Source: Vicugna vicugna (lineage: Eukaryota). Taken from it: a stretch of DNA of 64,000 nt. Below are positions 39,201-63,580 of this stretch, one piece after another. Where the stretch lies: positions 655,986 to 719,985 of the forward strand of contig MU058045.1 in assembly GCA_013265495.1 (NCBI GenBank). The letters run 5' to 3'. The translations under genes and the position numbers were made by a program. Every line of letters begins with the position of its first letter. Position 1 is the first letter of the stretch. The notes below the pieces were generated by a model. It was not told where the DNA came from, ran no database searches, and saw only the letters and a program-made list of their open reading frames with translations.

Positions 39201-42200
39201 CAGCATTAGATAACTTAATCTGCCAGTACTAGAAACATGATCTAATCCCCCTCTTCTTATACTTCAAAATAGTTTGTAAGGTTAGATTTAATGTATTTCT
39301 TGAATACTTGATATTTGATTACTGACTTTGTTTCTTTAATATTTATAGAAATATTTAGGCTTTCTATTTATTCTTGAATTTTTTTGGTGCTCTCTCTATA
39401 TATATATTTAGTCTATATTTTGTAATCTGTTGACTTAAAGTTGTTCATAATTTTAACCTTTTAATGTCCATGGCATTTTTTCTATGGATATTATTCTGTC
39501 ATCCTCTCATCCTCTTTTTTTAAAACCGTCTTACTTGTGGTTTAATTGAATATATTTTCCAGAGAATTAACTTTTGGCTTTGTTGATCTTTTTTAATTTC
39601 TATTTTATTTTTTTTTACTTTGGGTGGTGTAATTAGGTTTGTTTGTTTGTTTGTTTGTTTATTATTTTTGGTGGAGTTACCATGGATTGAACCCAAGACC
39701 TTGTGTATGCTAAGTATACACTCTACCATAGAGCTATAGCCTCCCCCTACACACACCCACACTGTAATCCTGTGTGATATTTATTGTTTGGTTCTGAATA
39801 ATACTGTTTTTTTATATAATTACTCTTTGATCTCCTGGGTTATTTCCAAACTATAGGGTGTTTTTTATTATTGATTTATAGCTTATCTGATCTGNNNNNN
39901 NNNNNNNNNNNNNNNNNNNNNNNNNNNNNNNNNNNNNNNNNNNNNNNNNNNNNNNNNNNNNNNNNNNNNNNNNNNNNNNNNNNNNNNNNNNNNNNNNNNN
40001 NNNNNNNNNNNNNNNNNNNNNNNNNNNNNNNNNNNNNNNNNNNNNNNNNNNNNNNNNNNNNNNNNNNNNNNNNNNNNNNNNNNNNNNNNTGAGTATTTCT
40101 TTTTGTGTCTAGTTTGTTAACTATGCTGTTTAAATCATTATGTTCTTTTTTATTTTCTTCTGTTAAAATCTCACTGAGTATGGATTTGTCTGTTTCTCTT
40201 GTAGTCTGTCAGATTTTGCTTTATACATTTTGAGGTTATTAGATGCATATAATTTAAAAAATTGCTGTACCTTTCCTGGTAAACTGAATGTCTTATCCTT
40301 GTGATTACTCTCTTTATCTCTTATAAGGCTTTTTGCCTTAGAGTCTATTTTTGCCTATATTGCTAGATCTATATTAGTCTTTATTTTGCATTCTTTTTTT
40401 AGTGAAGTATAGTCAGTTTACAGTGTTGAGTCAATTTCTAGTGTACAGCATGTTTCAATCAAGCATTTTTTTAGATAGAGTTTCCCTGACAAATATTTTT
40501 CTAACCTTTTTACTCCAACCATTATATATTTGCCTTTTAGCTGGAACATTAATTTAATTTATTCATAGCTGAATCTATGTCTTAACTTTCTATCTTATTT
40601 TGTCTTGCCTATTCAGTGTTTATTTTCTTCTTTCTTGTCATATTTTAGATTTACTATTTTTTCCTCGTTCCACTTTTTTCAAATAGCTTGGGTGTTTCAG
40701 TGGAGAGAGGTGCCATTAACTCAGGCAGGAAATACAGCAAAAGAAGGTTTTAGGGTAGAAAAACAAATGAGCTCACTTTTGGATGTGTTTTATTTGAGCT
40801 ATTCGGTAGATTTCTGGGTATATGGGCTTAAAGCTTAGAAGAAAGTCCAGTTTAAAGAGAGAGATTTACAAAGGGTTTTAAGGTATATACGGTAGCAAAA
40901 AAAAAACATGGCCTAAAAGCATCGGTGATGCAGAATGGTAGCATATGGTCAGAAAGAAAACTGAGGCCAGAACTCAAGGAATCATTTGGCTTTGATGGGC
41001 AGCTGGAGGAGAAGCAATCAGCCAAGACTGAGGAACAGTCGGACAGGATGAGATGCAGGGCTGCTGGTCCCATGGGAGTGAAGGGAAAAATGATTTTAGA
41101 AGGAAAAAGGCAGGTGTTGCAGTGAAATCACGTAAGATAAAAGACTGAGAAATAACCACTGTGAGATTTAGAAATTAAGTTCTTAGTTGTGAGTGGAAAT
41201 GTCAGTGAGTTGAAGAAGGAATATGAGGTGAGAAAACAGAGACAACGATTCTGCTTTAGGAGGAAGGAACGTGGACATTTATTGAACCCCTGTCCTGGGG
41301 GGGTTTCAGGAGCTGCGCCAGAAATACTGCATGTGTTATCTCAGACGTGGTAACAGACTTGGTTGTTCTGCCTATCATTTCTTTTGGTTAAAAAAAAAAA
41401 CATTTTTTTGGTCCAAAGTCATTTTTACTTTTGTACACATATAAGGTGTGAGCATCTTAATGAGGAAAGGAAACCTCTTCCACTCCTTGTGGCCGAATTC
41501 TTGTTCTTGATCCTTTAGGCTTATGAGGGAATGTTGGTATGTGGGTTTTTTGTCTACCTTGTATCCTCCATCCTCTTCTAAGCCAAACAGAACTGAGCTA
41601 TTACCCCACCTCCCCTTACCCCCAGGCTCGGTATGAAAGCCAGCGGATCCAAATGGAGTCGGAGTTGGCCGTGCAGCTGGAGCAGCGAGTGACAGAGCGG
41701 CTGGCGCAGGCTCAGGAGAGCAGCCTGCGGCAAGCAGCCTCCCTGAGGGAGCATCACAGGTACCCCGGGCTGGAGGGGTGCCACCTCTCCCCCCAGCAGC
41801 AGCGGGTGTTGGTGCCCTGCCCAAACCCTCTCAGACCCCTTTGCCATTTTCCAACACACCGGTGCTGTCAGTCTCTCCGTGAGAGAGCTGCCTTCGGGTT
41901 CACAGGGAGAGCCAGACATGCTTGGGAATTTTCAGTCTTCATCCCGTGGGAAGCAGCACTTAACCAATAACTGGTGGGTACAGGAATATAAATTTCCAGC
42001 TCCCTAGCCCCTGGTGGGCACAATGCTAAGCTGTGACCTACAGCATCTCCAGAATTACCCTGTGGGATTGAGCCTCCTCTGCCTACTCCCCTACCAGTTT
42101 TTTTCTGGAAATGCTTCTTAATTGAATCATTTCCCCATAAATCCTCACCTCAGTCTCTGCCTCTGGGGAACTCATCCTAAGACACCAGCTGTCCTTACCT

Positions 42201-45200
42201 CTTTCCTGAACCCCCCTGTGCCGGGCCCAGGTTGGCCAGCTGGCTGGCTGACTCTCACAGGCACACATTCTGGTTTTCCCTTGTTTGATTACTTCTCCTG
42301 TCTCCAGACTCAGTCCTCCTTTCTCACCTGTGTCCCCTCAGGAAGCAGCTGCAGGAGCTGAATGGACAGCACCAGCAGGAATTGTCCACCCAGTTGGCTC
42401 AGTTCAAGGTGGAAATGGCAGAACGAGAGGAAAGGCAGCAGCAGGTGGCTCAGGACTATGAGCTCAGGTACCGGTCCCTGGAGCATCCCTGTTAGGCCTC
42501 AGCCTCCGTGGGAATGGTGACAAGTTGCCTCCCCTGAGACCTGTCCTTTCTGCATGGGCCCAGCTCCTTTCAGAATTTCACATGTCACCTTCCCTTCTGA
42601 CTCTTCCTGTTGTCCGAGTCTCTGCTTTCTCCAAGGCCCCACATCACCCCTCTGGCTTCTCTTTAGACTGGCCCGGGAGCAGGCGCGAGTGCGTGAACTG
42701 CAGAGTGGGAACCAGCAGCTGGAGGAGCAGCGGGTGGAGCTGGTGGAGCGACTCCAGGCCATGCTGCAGGCCCACTGGGAGGAGGCAAACCAGCTGCTCA
42801 GCTCCCCTCTCCTGCCGCCCAACCCCACGGTAGGCCTCGCCCTTGACCCAAGCTGCTCAGAGCTGTGTTTTGATCCTTTCTGTGGAAATCGAGCTCCCTC
42901 CCAAGGGAAGCCTGTAGTTCAGTTCCTGGGACCTTCGTCAGGAAAAATGTCCATGGACTTCTGCAAAGAATAACTGTTTCATCCAAAGAAACCTTTTTGC
43001 CGTGGCCATAGCTCACTCAGACTGGCTCCACTGCCTTGGGCATAATTTCCTTCTCTCTGCCCAAGAGGGGGTGAGTAACATGTGGTGCTAGTTTTGCCAA
43101 AGGGCAACTGAATGAATTATGATGGTCAGGGCCAGAAATTGGTTGGGATTCTCACCCTTAATCCTCATATTGGCATCACCTACTTCCTTCTTTTAATTAT
43201 TAAATGTTTATTATGAGCTAAAATAATTTTTGGAATAGGTAATAATATGCACATGGTTTCAAAAAAACTGTTCACAAATGCATACAGTGAAAAATGATCT
43301 CCACACTATGCTGGCACCTCATTCTCCCAGTCCCTCCCCGCCCCGAATCAGCCACTGTTCCTAGTATCTTGAGTGCCTCCCCTGCCCCCAAACAGTAGCC
43401 TTCAGAAAAACTGTTCACAAATGCATACAGTGAAAAATGATCTCCACGCTATGCTGGCACCTCATTCTCCCAGTCCCTCCCCCCCCGAATCAGCCACTGT
43501 TCCTAGTGTCTTGAGTGCCTCCCCTGCCCCCAAACAGTAGCCTTCCATTCACGGTTATATGACTTTTTATTTAACCAAGTGCCTATTGGTGGATATTAAA
43601 TTTGCTTCCTATATTTTGCTTCTGCAAACAGTGCTGCAAGCAGTATCATGAATATATGTCTTCATACAAGTATATGTATAAAATTTCTAGAAATGGAATT
43701 GTAAGATGAAAAATAAGGATGTTAATATTTGATAGAAATTTGGTAAATGTCCCCAGATCTCCTTTTAAGGACACTATGCTAATTTGTAATCCTATTAAAG
43801 CGTCTGTACCGTGTCTTGACTCCTCAAATGCACTCTCTCTCATGCCCAGGTTCCTCCAGTCAGCCCATCCAGCCCTGGGCCTCAGGAACTGGAGAAGGGG
43901 GAGAGGAGGATGTGGACTGTGCCCCCTGTGGCTGTGGCCCTAAAGCCAGTGTTGCAGCAGAGCCGGGAAGCAAGGGAAGAGCTGCCTGGAGTGCCGCCTG
44001 TTCTCTGCAGCCCCTCCCCAGATCTTAGCCTCTTGCTGGGCCCCACTTTCCAGAGCCAGCATTCCTTCCAGCCCCTGGAGCCAAAGCCTGATCTCACTTC
44101 ATCCTCAGGTGACTGGGGACGGAAGTTACTGGGGTTCCCTTTGCACACACTGATTTGCTCCCTCTTGTCTAGCTTCCTTTCTGTCCGAGACTTGAGCATT
44201 TAGTTTCCCAGATGTCTAGTGACCATAAGTTGCAAGGAGCAGAAATCCACTCAAGTTGGTTCAAGTAAAGGGAATGAGAAATGTGATGTATCTGTGGTTA
44301 ATGAGAACTGGGGTTGGCATCAGGGATGCTGCCGGGAACTGGGGCAGCTGTTCCTCCTCTCTTTGGGCCTGTGTGGGCTCTAGACTCTGCCATCCGGGCA
44401 TCTGCTCCTTCCTCTTGGTCGACCAGCCCTCTCTCACTCTGGTTCTTGCTCTCACAACTTTGGTTCGCTTGAGCAGCTGTGACTCTGACTCCAGCCGAAA
44501 CTCCAGACAACCCTGCAGAGACATTGGTGTCTCTGTTTCTTAGGTCCAGTTTAAAGAGAGGCAATCTGATGGGTTAGTAACCATCCCTTGGATCAGCTGA
44601 CCTTGAGTGGTGGCCACCCCTGTGACAGGTGGATGGGGTGCTCTGTGTGGTGTAAATATGACAACCCAGGTCAAAATAAGAATGAGCGTGTGATCCAGTG
44701 AAGGATCCGGAACAAGTCTATTGATTTTTACTTTTAATTTTATTTATTTATTTATTTACTTACTTATTTACTTATTTATTTAAATTGAGAAAGTGTCAGT
44801 TTACAATGTTCTATTTCTCATGTACAGCATGCTTCAGTCATGTATACACGTACATATATTTATTTTCATATTCATGTGGTTACCGGAGGGGAAAGGGGGT
44901 GGGAAGGGATAAACTGAGAGTTCGAGATTCGCAGATACTAATTACTATATATAGAATAGAAGTATAAGTTTCTTCTGTCCTGCACAGGAAACAATATTGA
45001 TCTTAAACCATTCTGTGCTGTGGTGGCGTTTATTTACTCAGAGTCTGAGCACCACAGCTTTCCCCTGACTGCACTTCTGTCGCAGAATTCAGCTGTGCCA
45101 TCTTTCAGTTGCCGTCAACCCTTCCCTCTCCAGCTGTTTTCAACTTTGATCATCTCCTAGTTGTGATACTCTGCTTATACTAAATAGGCTCCTTCCTTCC

Positions 45201-47301
45201 AGGCATTTGGTGAGTTGATTTGTGGAGGGGCCCCTTCCCTCTACAACACACACCCCTGTTTCACTTGACAGCGGAGGCCTTCTCTGCAGTCGGAACCTTC
45301 CATCCCGATCACAGGGCTGAACGGCCGTTCCCTGAGGAAGATCCTGGGTCCGACAGGGATGGCTTCCTAAAGCAAGGGCTGCCGCCCGCTTCCCAGCTTC
45401 AGGGCCTCAAGCATTTTTTGCAACAGGTAAAAGAGGGCCCACCTGTGCCACCTGGTTATCTCCACCCCTTCCTCATTTCCTCTTTCTGCTCTGGGAGTCC
45501 TGCACTGTGGCTTCGTCCACCTTTTAGGACTAAACCTTCCAACTAGCTTCTGCCTCTCCCAGCCCATCTTATTCTTACTACGGCAGTCCCTTCTGGAACT
45601 TAGGTGACCAGTCCGAGCTCTTACTCTCCCAAGACACAGAGGTCTCTTTCTTCATCAGTCCTCAGGGAACCTTACTGTCTTGTCCCCCCAGCTGCTGGAG
45701 ACAGCACCCCCAAGCAACGAGAACCCCTCTGCCGACCTGCTGCCCACCAAGTCCGGTGAGTGTCAGCTCTGAAGAAGGTCGGGGCTGGGGCTGGAAAAGG
45801 TGGGAGCTGGTTATCAGGGATGGCGTTGTAGGAGCCGGCAAAGGAGACAAAGCTTCATGAAGGCTAAGGTGGCAGGACTTCCTTGGCTGTTTGCCCCATT
45901 TTCTGATCTTGAATCTCTTCCCTTGTGCTAGGTCCTCTGACTGTCCCAACTTGGGAGGAAGCCCCTCAGGTGCCACGCCTCCCACCTCCTGTCCATAAAA
46001 CTAAAGTGCCCTTAGCCATGGCGTCCAGTCTTTTCCGGGTCCATGAGCTTCCCTCAGCCCATTCACAGAGCGGTGGTCCCCGCGGTGGCTCCCCAGAGAG
46101 AGGTAAGAGGTCACAGTTTACTGGCAGATAAGAAGGGAAAGTCTCAGGCGTAGAGCTGGTACCTGCAACTGAAGGCTCTCCGGGATTTGGAGAGACGGGA
46201 CACAGCCTGGGGAGAGGCCCTGGGATGACGACCTTTACTGATGTGTCTCAGGTGGAGATGGGCTCGCATCCTCAAGGCAGCTGATGGAGGTGTCTCAGCT
46301 GCTGCGACTCTACCAAGCTCGGGGCTGGGGGGCGCTGCCTGCGGAGGATCTGCTGCTCTACCTGAAGAGGCTGGAACACAGCGGGTACCAGCCTGGAGGG
46401 ACGGGAGGAAAGATTAGGTGGATGGAATCTGGATTGTGGCCAGGCAGATGGGTCAGGCAGGGAAGAGCGGAGTGTGCATGTTGTCCATTGAGTAGCATCG
46501 TTTGTCCTTTTCTGGGGAAGAAGTGAGGGCAGATCAGTGGCTCCTCCTCTTCCTCCCTCTCTCACTCCTTCCCACCTCTCTTTTGTTTCTACCTTTCTGT
46601 TGTTTCTTAAAAGAAAAATCTCTTCTTCATGTCTTTCTGCCTTAATTTTTTCTTCTTTATTCTGTGACTCAGAACTCAGAATCCTAGATTGTGACCATCT
46701 AGTATGTCAGTATTTGATTCCACTAATGTCTCCTCGTATTTGATCCCTGGGTTTGTCTTGTTTGTTTGTTCTTATTCTTAAGAGACAGAACTGGGGAATA
46801 ATTCTTCCACCCAGTGTTGGGGAGAGTGGGAGGACCAGCTCCCCCATCCTCATCCCTTGATTTGCATGGCAGGACTGACAGCCGAGGGGATAATGTCCCC
46901 AGAAGGAACACAGGCTCCCGCTTGGGTGAGATCCCCCGGAAAGAGGTGAGGGAAAGTAGGGCAGGGGCGAGGGGGGTGGAAGGGCTCTCACTGACTCGTC
47001 CCTCCACTTCGCACACTCCTCCATCGCCTGAACCCTCCATCCCTGTTCCATTTTCTGTGGCTTGTTCCTTGCCCTGTGCCAATTCTGGCCCTCCCAACGC
47101 ACAACGCCTTTCCTCAATGGTGGGGGACTGAGAGGACACGACGCTGAGTTTTCCTTCTTTTCCCTCAACTCTCAGATTCCTTCCCAGGCTCTCCCTCGCC
47201 GCCTCGCTACAGCCCCTAAGACTGAAAAGCCTCCAGCTCGGAAAAAAAGTGGGCACCCAGCCCCTGGTAGCACGCGGAGTCGGGGGGGAATCTGGAGATA
47301 A
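30201..47301 (+). CDS. CNTROB: Centrobin (daughter-centriole protein), about 905 aa if the exon-1 frameshift is corrected
   Basis: 19 exons: 30201-30481, 31279-31363, 31625-31706, 32189-32345, 33266-33382, 33603-33719, 34061-34159, 35240-35476, 35809-35955, 41626-41759, 42342-42467, 42667-42829, 43850-44108, 45272-45426, 45692-45755, 45932-46102, 46252-46384, 46873-46945, 47176-47301. Starts MATSATSPSSPL, coiled-coil middle, ends RSRGGIWR*. Exon 1 has 8 extra nt (see findings). PolyA AATAAA 47351-47356. Confidence 0.95.
39610..39747 (-). mobile_element. tRNA-derived SINE (camelid-type)
   Basis: Minus-strand head GGGGAGGCTATAGCTCTATGGTAGAG...GGGTTCAATCC with A/B-box-like motifs and an (AAAC)n tail. 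Confidence 0.8.
39895..40089. other. Assembly gap (195 N)
   Basis: Run of n characters. Confidence 1.
43258..43542 (+). repeat. Two-copy tandem duplication, unit about 143 bp
   Basis: 43258-43400 and 43401-43542 differ by about 3 substitutions and a 1-nt indel. Confidence 0.95.
44730..44995. mobile_element. Short 5'-inverted LINE-1 3'-end insertion with (TTTA)n tail
   Basis: Antisense L1 3' end (to about 44873) fused to a sense L1 3' UTR piece (gtggttaccggaggggaaaggggg...); flanked by TATTGATTTT / TATTGATCTT. Confidence 0.65.
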
Positions 47302-47879
47302 GCCCCTTGCCTTCTCCTCTTCTTTGTTCTCTTCTTCTTTTTATTATTTTAATAAATGCTCAATAGTCTGTATGAGAGTCTCTGACTCATAGAAATCTGG
47401 AAAATGGAGGTTTTATAAGAAACCACTTTGTGAAGAAACTCATTCTATTCTATTTGGGTATGTTTTTATCTGTTTCTGTTTTATATTCTGTGGGAAAAGA
47501 CATGAATGCTTTGAAGGAAAACTGTCCGTGGCTGGGTTTGAGAAGTTTCAGTGAGCCTAGGCTCGGTGTTGAAGCGTGACTGGCTCTGGCTCGTAGTGGA
47601 ATTGTGGGTGATTCCTATTTCCTTCTTTATTCATTTCTGTATTTTCCAACTTTTCTAGAATAAGACTGTATGGCTTCATAACCAGAAAAATACTTTTAAT
47701 AAAAGAGTAAGTTATTGTATAAAGAATTTGAGTAAAAATTTGATTGTTGGGGAGACAGTTTTCTCTTTTTTAAGGAACAGGTAATTCTTCCAGATTGCAT
47801 TAGTAGGATTCTGATGGACAGATTCTGCCCCAGCCAGCCTGTATATTATGCTGTAATTGTCACTCTTTTTAAAATATTT

Positions 47880-48024
47880 CATTTATTTTTATTATTTAAC
47901 TGTTTTATTTTGGCATGGGGGAAGGTAATTAGGTTTATTTATTTTTAGAGGAGGTACTGGGAATTGAACCCAGGACCTTGTGCATGCTAAGCATGCACTC
48001 TACCACTGAGCTATACCCTCCCCC
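47880..48024 (-). mobile_element. tRNA-derived SINE (camelid-type)
   Basis: Minus strand GGGGAGGGTATAGCTCAGTGGTAGAGTGCATGCTTAGCATGCACAAGGTCCTGGGTTCAATTCCC plus tail AAACCTAATTACC. Confidence 0.85.
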
Positions 48025-48511
48025 TTGTAATCTATCTTGTGGTTTTAAAACGTGTAAAAGACTAGAGCTCTGGCAAGAAAAAAAGACATGATTGTGAAAA
48101 CTTCCATCCTAATACCAAAATGAACAAAGAGAAACAATATTAGAGAAGAAATGACATCAGTGTGAAACTATGAAAGGCCCCAGCTTCATAGCACCAACAC
48201 TGAAAAACCCATAGTATAATTTAGATTAAATTGAAGGGCGATACTGCGGGACCCACACACAGCTTTCCAGCTCTGGAGCACAGTGCGAGGCGGGGATGAT
48301 GGCAAATACGATTCTGAAGGGCCTGGTCCTGGCTGTTTGGTTGAGGGACAGTTTACTGGATTCTGTGAGGAGGATGAGGTTCTTCTTTTTGCTCCTGAAT
48401 TGTTTGGTTAGCTCCAGAATAGACTTGGTAAGTATTTCATAGTAACAAATGTTTAGATATTATAGTCAGCCCTCCATATCCGTGGGTTCTGCATCTGCGA
48501 TTTCAACCAAA

Positions 48512-48885
48512 AAAAAAAAAAAATAACCCCACACTCCAGGGCGCACTCACTTTCTGAGAGGGTCTGCATTCTCTCTGTGGACTGTGTATCTCTCTAAATA
48601 AACTCGCTGTCACTTTACTATGGCTCACTCTTTTTTTTTGTCCAGAAATGGGCAGAAGACCTAAACAAGCAATTCTCCAATGAAGACATATGAATAACCA
48701 ATAGGCACATGAAAAAATGCTCAATATCACTAATTATCAGAGAAATGCAGATCAAAACTACAATCAGGTACCGCCTCACACCAGTCAGAAGGACCATCAT
48801 TCAAAAGTCCACAGATGTTAAAACTGGGGAGGGTGTGGAGAAAAGGGACCCCTCCTACTATGGCTCATCTTGAATTCTTTCCTAC
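48512..48885 (+). mobile_element. ERV LTR fragment interrupted by an L1 ORF2 fragment
   Basis: LTR-like R/U5 text with AATAAA (48598-48603); L1 ORF2-like piece at about 48640-48855; direct repeats TACTATGGCTCA at 48616-48627 and 48856-48867. Confidence 0.65.
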
Positions 48886-49219
48886 TCCCTTGTTGCAGAG
48901 ACCTGCTGGAGGCCTGGCATGTGACGGTTCTCTCCTCCAGCTCCTGCAACGGTGTGCCAAGGGGCTCTGCCTGCCAGCTCTAGAGGCCGCAGGGTGGTGC
49001 TGAATTCTGGGACAGAGAGCTGTCCTCAGCAGTCCCTTTCTCCATAGGGCGAGGCAGGCCTTGGGATTCCCCATTTCTGGGAGCCTGAGAACCCTGCTCA
49101 AAGCACCAGGCAAAGGTGAGCGGTCTTACCGGACACCCGCTCGAATTACCCCATCTTCCAGAATGGATAAACAAATCGTGGTCTGGCCACACAATGGAAC
49201 ATTATTCAGCCTTTAAAAG

Positions 49220-49640
49220 TGTCACCTGCACAGCGAGGCCCAACAAACCGAAATGCTAGAGTTTGGAGCAGAGGAAGGTTTATTGCAGGGCCCAGTGGTC
49301 GGCTCATGCCCAAGTTTGGCCCCCCAACTCCCCAGAGGGTTTCAGCAAAGCAGTTTTAAAGGCCAGGTGAGGGAGGGGTGTCCCAGGATATGTGGTCAGC
49401 TGTGCACAATTCTCTGAATGGTTAATAGTGATCAATCCTTAGGCTCCAGAAGGTCTGGGAGCTCCGCTGATGATCACCACGTAGCTAATTTCTTCCCTCC
49501 CCTGGTGGTTTTAGCATCTGAAAAACTCAGGAAATACACATCAGATACCATTATCTAGGTATTTCAGAGAGGTGCTACAGCAGAGAATATGTGAGGGAGT
49601 CTGTGCCAGGAAGGCCCCTTAAGGGTCTTTCTCAGATACA
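49220..49640 (-). mobile_element. Solo ERV LTR (421 bp) inserted into an older L1 3' end
   Basis: TG...CA termini; 4-bp target-site duplication AAAG (49216-49219, 49641-49644); AATAAA on the minus strand near 49279; flanking L1 text is continuous once the LTR is removed. Confidence 0.8.
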
Positions 49641-49926
49641 AAAGCAAGGAGATTGTGACACCTGCTACAACACAATGAACCTTGAGAACATTAAGCTGCA
49701 TGAAATAAGGCGGTCACAAAAAGAGAAGTTCCACATATAGCTAGAGTGACCGAATCCCTAGAGAATATAAGGGGTCGGAGGAGCTTCCAGGGGCCGGGGG
49801 AGGAGGGTTGGGGAGTTCGTGTTTAGTGGGGATAGAGTTTCAGTTGCACAAGATGACAAAAGTTCTGGAGACTGGTTGCAGGACGTGAATGTACTTCACC
49901 GTGCACTTAAAAATGGTTAAGATGGA

Positions 49927-50073
49927 TGGGGGGAAGGTACAGCTCAGTAGAGAACAAGTGTAGCAGGCACGAGGTCCTGGGTTCAATTCCTAGTACATCC
50001 ATTAAATAAATAAGTAAACTTAATGACTTACCCCATCACCCCAAAAAACACAACAGAACAAAACAAAAACACA
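49927..50073 (+). mobile_element. tRNA-derived SINE inserted in L1
   Basis: Head GGGGGGAAGGTACAGCTCAGTAG...GGTTCAATTCC; flanking direct repeat GTTAAGATGG at 49916-49925 and 50074-50083. Confidence 0.8.
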
Positions 50074-50194
50074 GTTAAGATGGTCAATTCTATGTTATGT
50101 GTATTTCAGCACCATTTGAAAAGAACTAAAACAGAAAGCCACGCCCCGCAGCACTTCTGCATGGTGGGAAGGACCGAAGGGCCGGCGGTGTTGA

Positions 50195-61947
<11,753 letters not shown>

Positions 61948-63204
61948 CCAGTGCTCAAAGCTGCCAGATCTGCAGAAGCAGGCAAGCTAGGCACCATGTC
62001 CACAATGAATATCTCTGGGGTGAGCTTCACAAGGCTGTAGTCCAGGTAAATCTTCCACCTGCCATCTCACTCATCACTAAACACCTTTGGCTTCATCTTC
62101 TGATTCTTTTTAAATTGCCAGTACCTTTAAGTGAGATAGCATTTACAGAAGATATCAACCAATGACACTGTAGTATAAATGAGCATCTCAAGCTTTCCTG
62201 ACACTTTAACAAGGGTGACAAAAAAAAGGGAGCGTGTGAGTGCCAAGGATAAGAGAAACTGAAGAAAGAGGAAAATGAGGCTTTGACTACAAAGGATGTA
62301 AATTTGTTGCCCACACAGTTTTATTCACAAGAAGGGTCCAGACATTTTTTTCCCCTTAATTGATAGTATGTATAACTACCCCATATTTTCTTTTTTAAAA
62401 TTTTCATCAAGAAGAAATGAATTTAAAAATTAGTTTTGCTTTATTTTTTAAATATACTTTCTCCTCAATTTCCTAATTTCTACCTATAGGAAAATCAATT
62501 TGGAAGGATAATCAAATAGTGAAATAAAATGAGAGAAGTAGAATGGAATGACATCTTATCAGAGTGAAGTGGAACAAATGTTTGAATTGTTGTGCTTAAA
62601 TGAAATTGCCAGGCACTTTTGCTTCTAAAAATAAACCCTGCAAACCTGCAAGTCTTGTCTGAAGCAGTGGGGCACTGCTTCTTTCCTCATGTGTTCAGTT
62701 ACAATGTTATATAGATCATCTTGTATTTTAAATGAACATGTTACTGAGGTCACAGGTCAGTAGATACATAATTTGGGTTTTTGAAAAAAAAAAAGAAATG
62801 GACTGACAAATTCTAACAGCCCTAAATGCGTTCTCGCTTAGATTCATTTAAAAAAATGTATTTATGTGTTTAGTGAACACATTATTTCTGGAAAGGAAAT
62901 CCTGAATGTTTCAAATAAAATTACTCAATCTGCTTATGCTGAACTGTAACACGTATGCTGTCATAGAATAAGGGACAACCCAGCTAACTTCATATTTGGG
63001 GCTCCTGTTGAGTGCCTGCCTAATGAAGGATAGTCCCATGGAATTTTGTGTTTTATGGAACCAAGCATATTTGAAGTGATACTAGATCGATTTTTACCAG
63101 AAAAAAACCAACTCAGAGAAGGCAGGCTGAGATCCCCTGGACCATTTCCTCACTTGGAGCAGAAGGGTTTGTACCCAACAACCTCTGCCTTCCACAGTCT
63201 GCAT

Positions 63205-63580
63205 GTTCTTTTTTTTTTTAATCGAAATATAGTTGGTTTACAATGTTGTGTTAATTTCTGATGGACAGCATACACACACATATATATATATTCCTTTTCA
63301 TATTCTATTTCATTATAGACTCTGACAAGATACTGACTATAGTTCCCTGTGCTGTACAGTAGGACCTTGTTTATATATTTTGTATATAGCAGTTTGTATC
63401 CGCTAATTCCCAATCTCCTCATTTATCCCTCCCCACCTTTCCCCTTTGGTAACCAGAAGTTTGTTTTCTATCTGTGAGTCTGTTTCCGTTTTGAAATGAG
63501 TTCATTTGTGTCATTTTTTTTAAATTCCACATACAAGTGCTGTCAGGCGGTGTTTGTCTTTCTCTGCCTGGCTGACTTCA
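63205..63580 (-). mobile_element. LINE-1 3' end
   Basis: Poly-T followed by typical L1 3' UTR antisense text (tagttccctgtgctgtacagtagg, cccctttggtaaccagaagtttgttttctatctgtgagtctg). Confidence 0.75.

Larger units (their letters stand above)
36470..40680 (-). mobile_element. Old fragmented LINE-1 sequence filling CNTROB intron 9
   Basis: T-rich L1-like antisense text (e.g. atgaatgagaattcctgttgttccacattctcaccaacatttgg; ttctaggctggcagttattt); boundaries approximate. Confidence 0.6.

Noticed and set aside
39871..40092. 73-aa ORF of X residues
   Set aside because: Artefact of the N gap.
43258..43542. CRISPR-like or other prokaryotic repeat system
   Set aside because: Two-copy tandem duplication without spacers, in clearly mammalian intronic DNA.
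30201..47301. Calling CNTROB a pseudogene
   Set aside because: Only one lesion was found; all other exons, phases, the promoter and the polyA signal are intact.
47950..48024. tRNA-like sequences with A and B boxes, here and at six other sites
   Set aside because: Diverged copies share a non-tRNA tail and A-rich end, so they are SINEs rather than tRNA genes.
48503..48800. ORFs resembling database 'hypothetical proteins' ([11 protein letters not shown]..., ...[16 protein letters not shown]...)
   Set aside because: Antisense translations of an L1 ORF2 fragment.
50105..50125. TTCAGCACCA, a REST/RE1 left half-site upstream of GSG1L2
   Set aside because: The right half (GGACAG) is absent and the match lies at the end of an L1 remnant.
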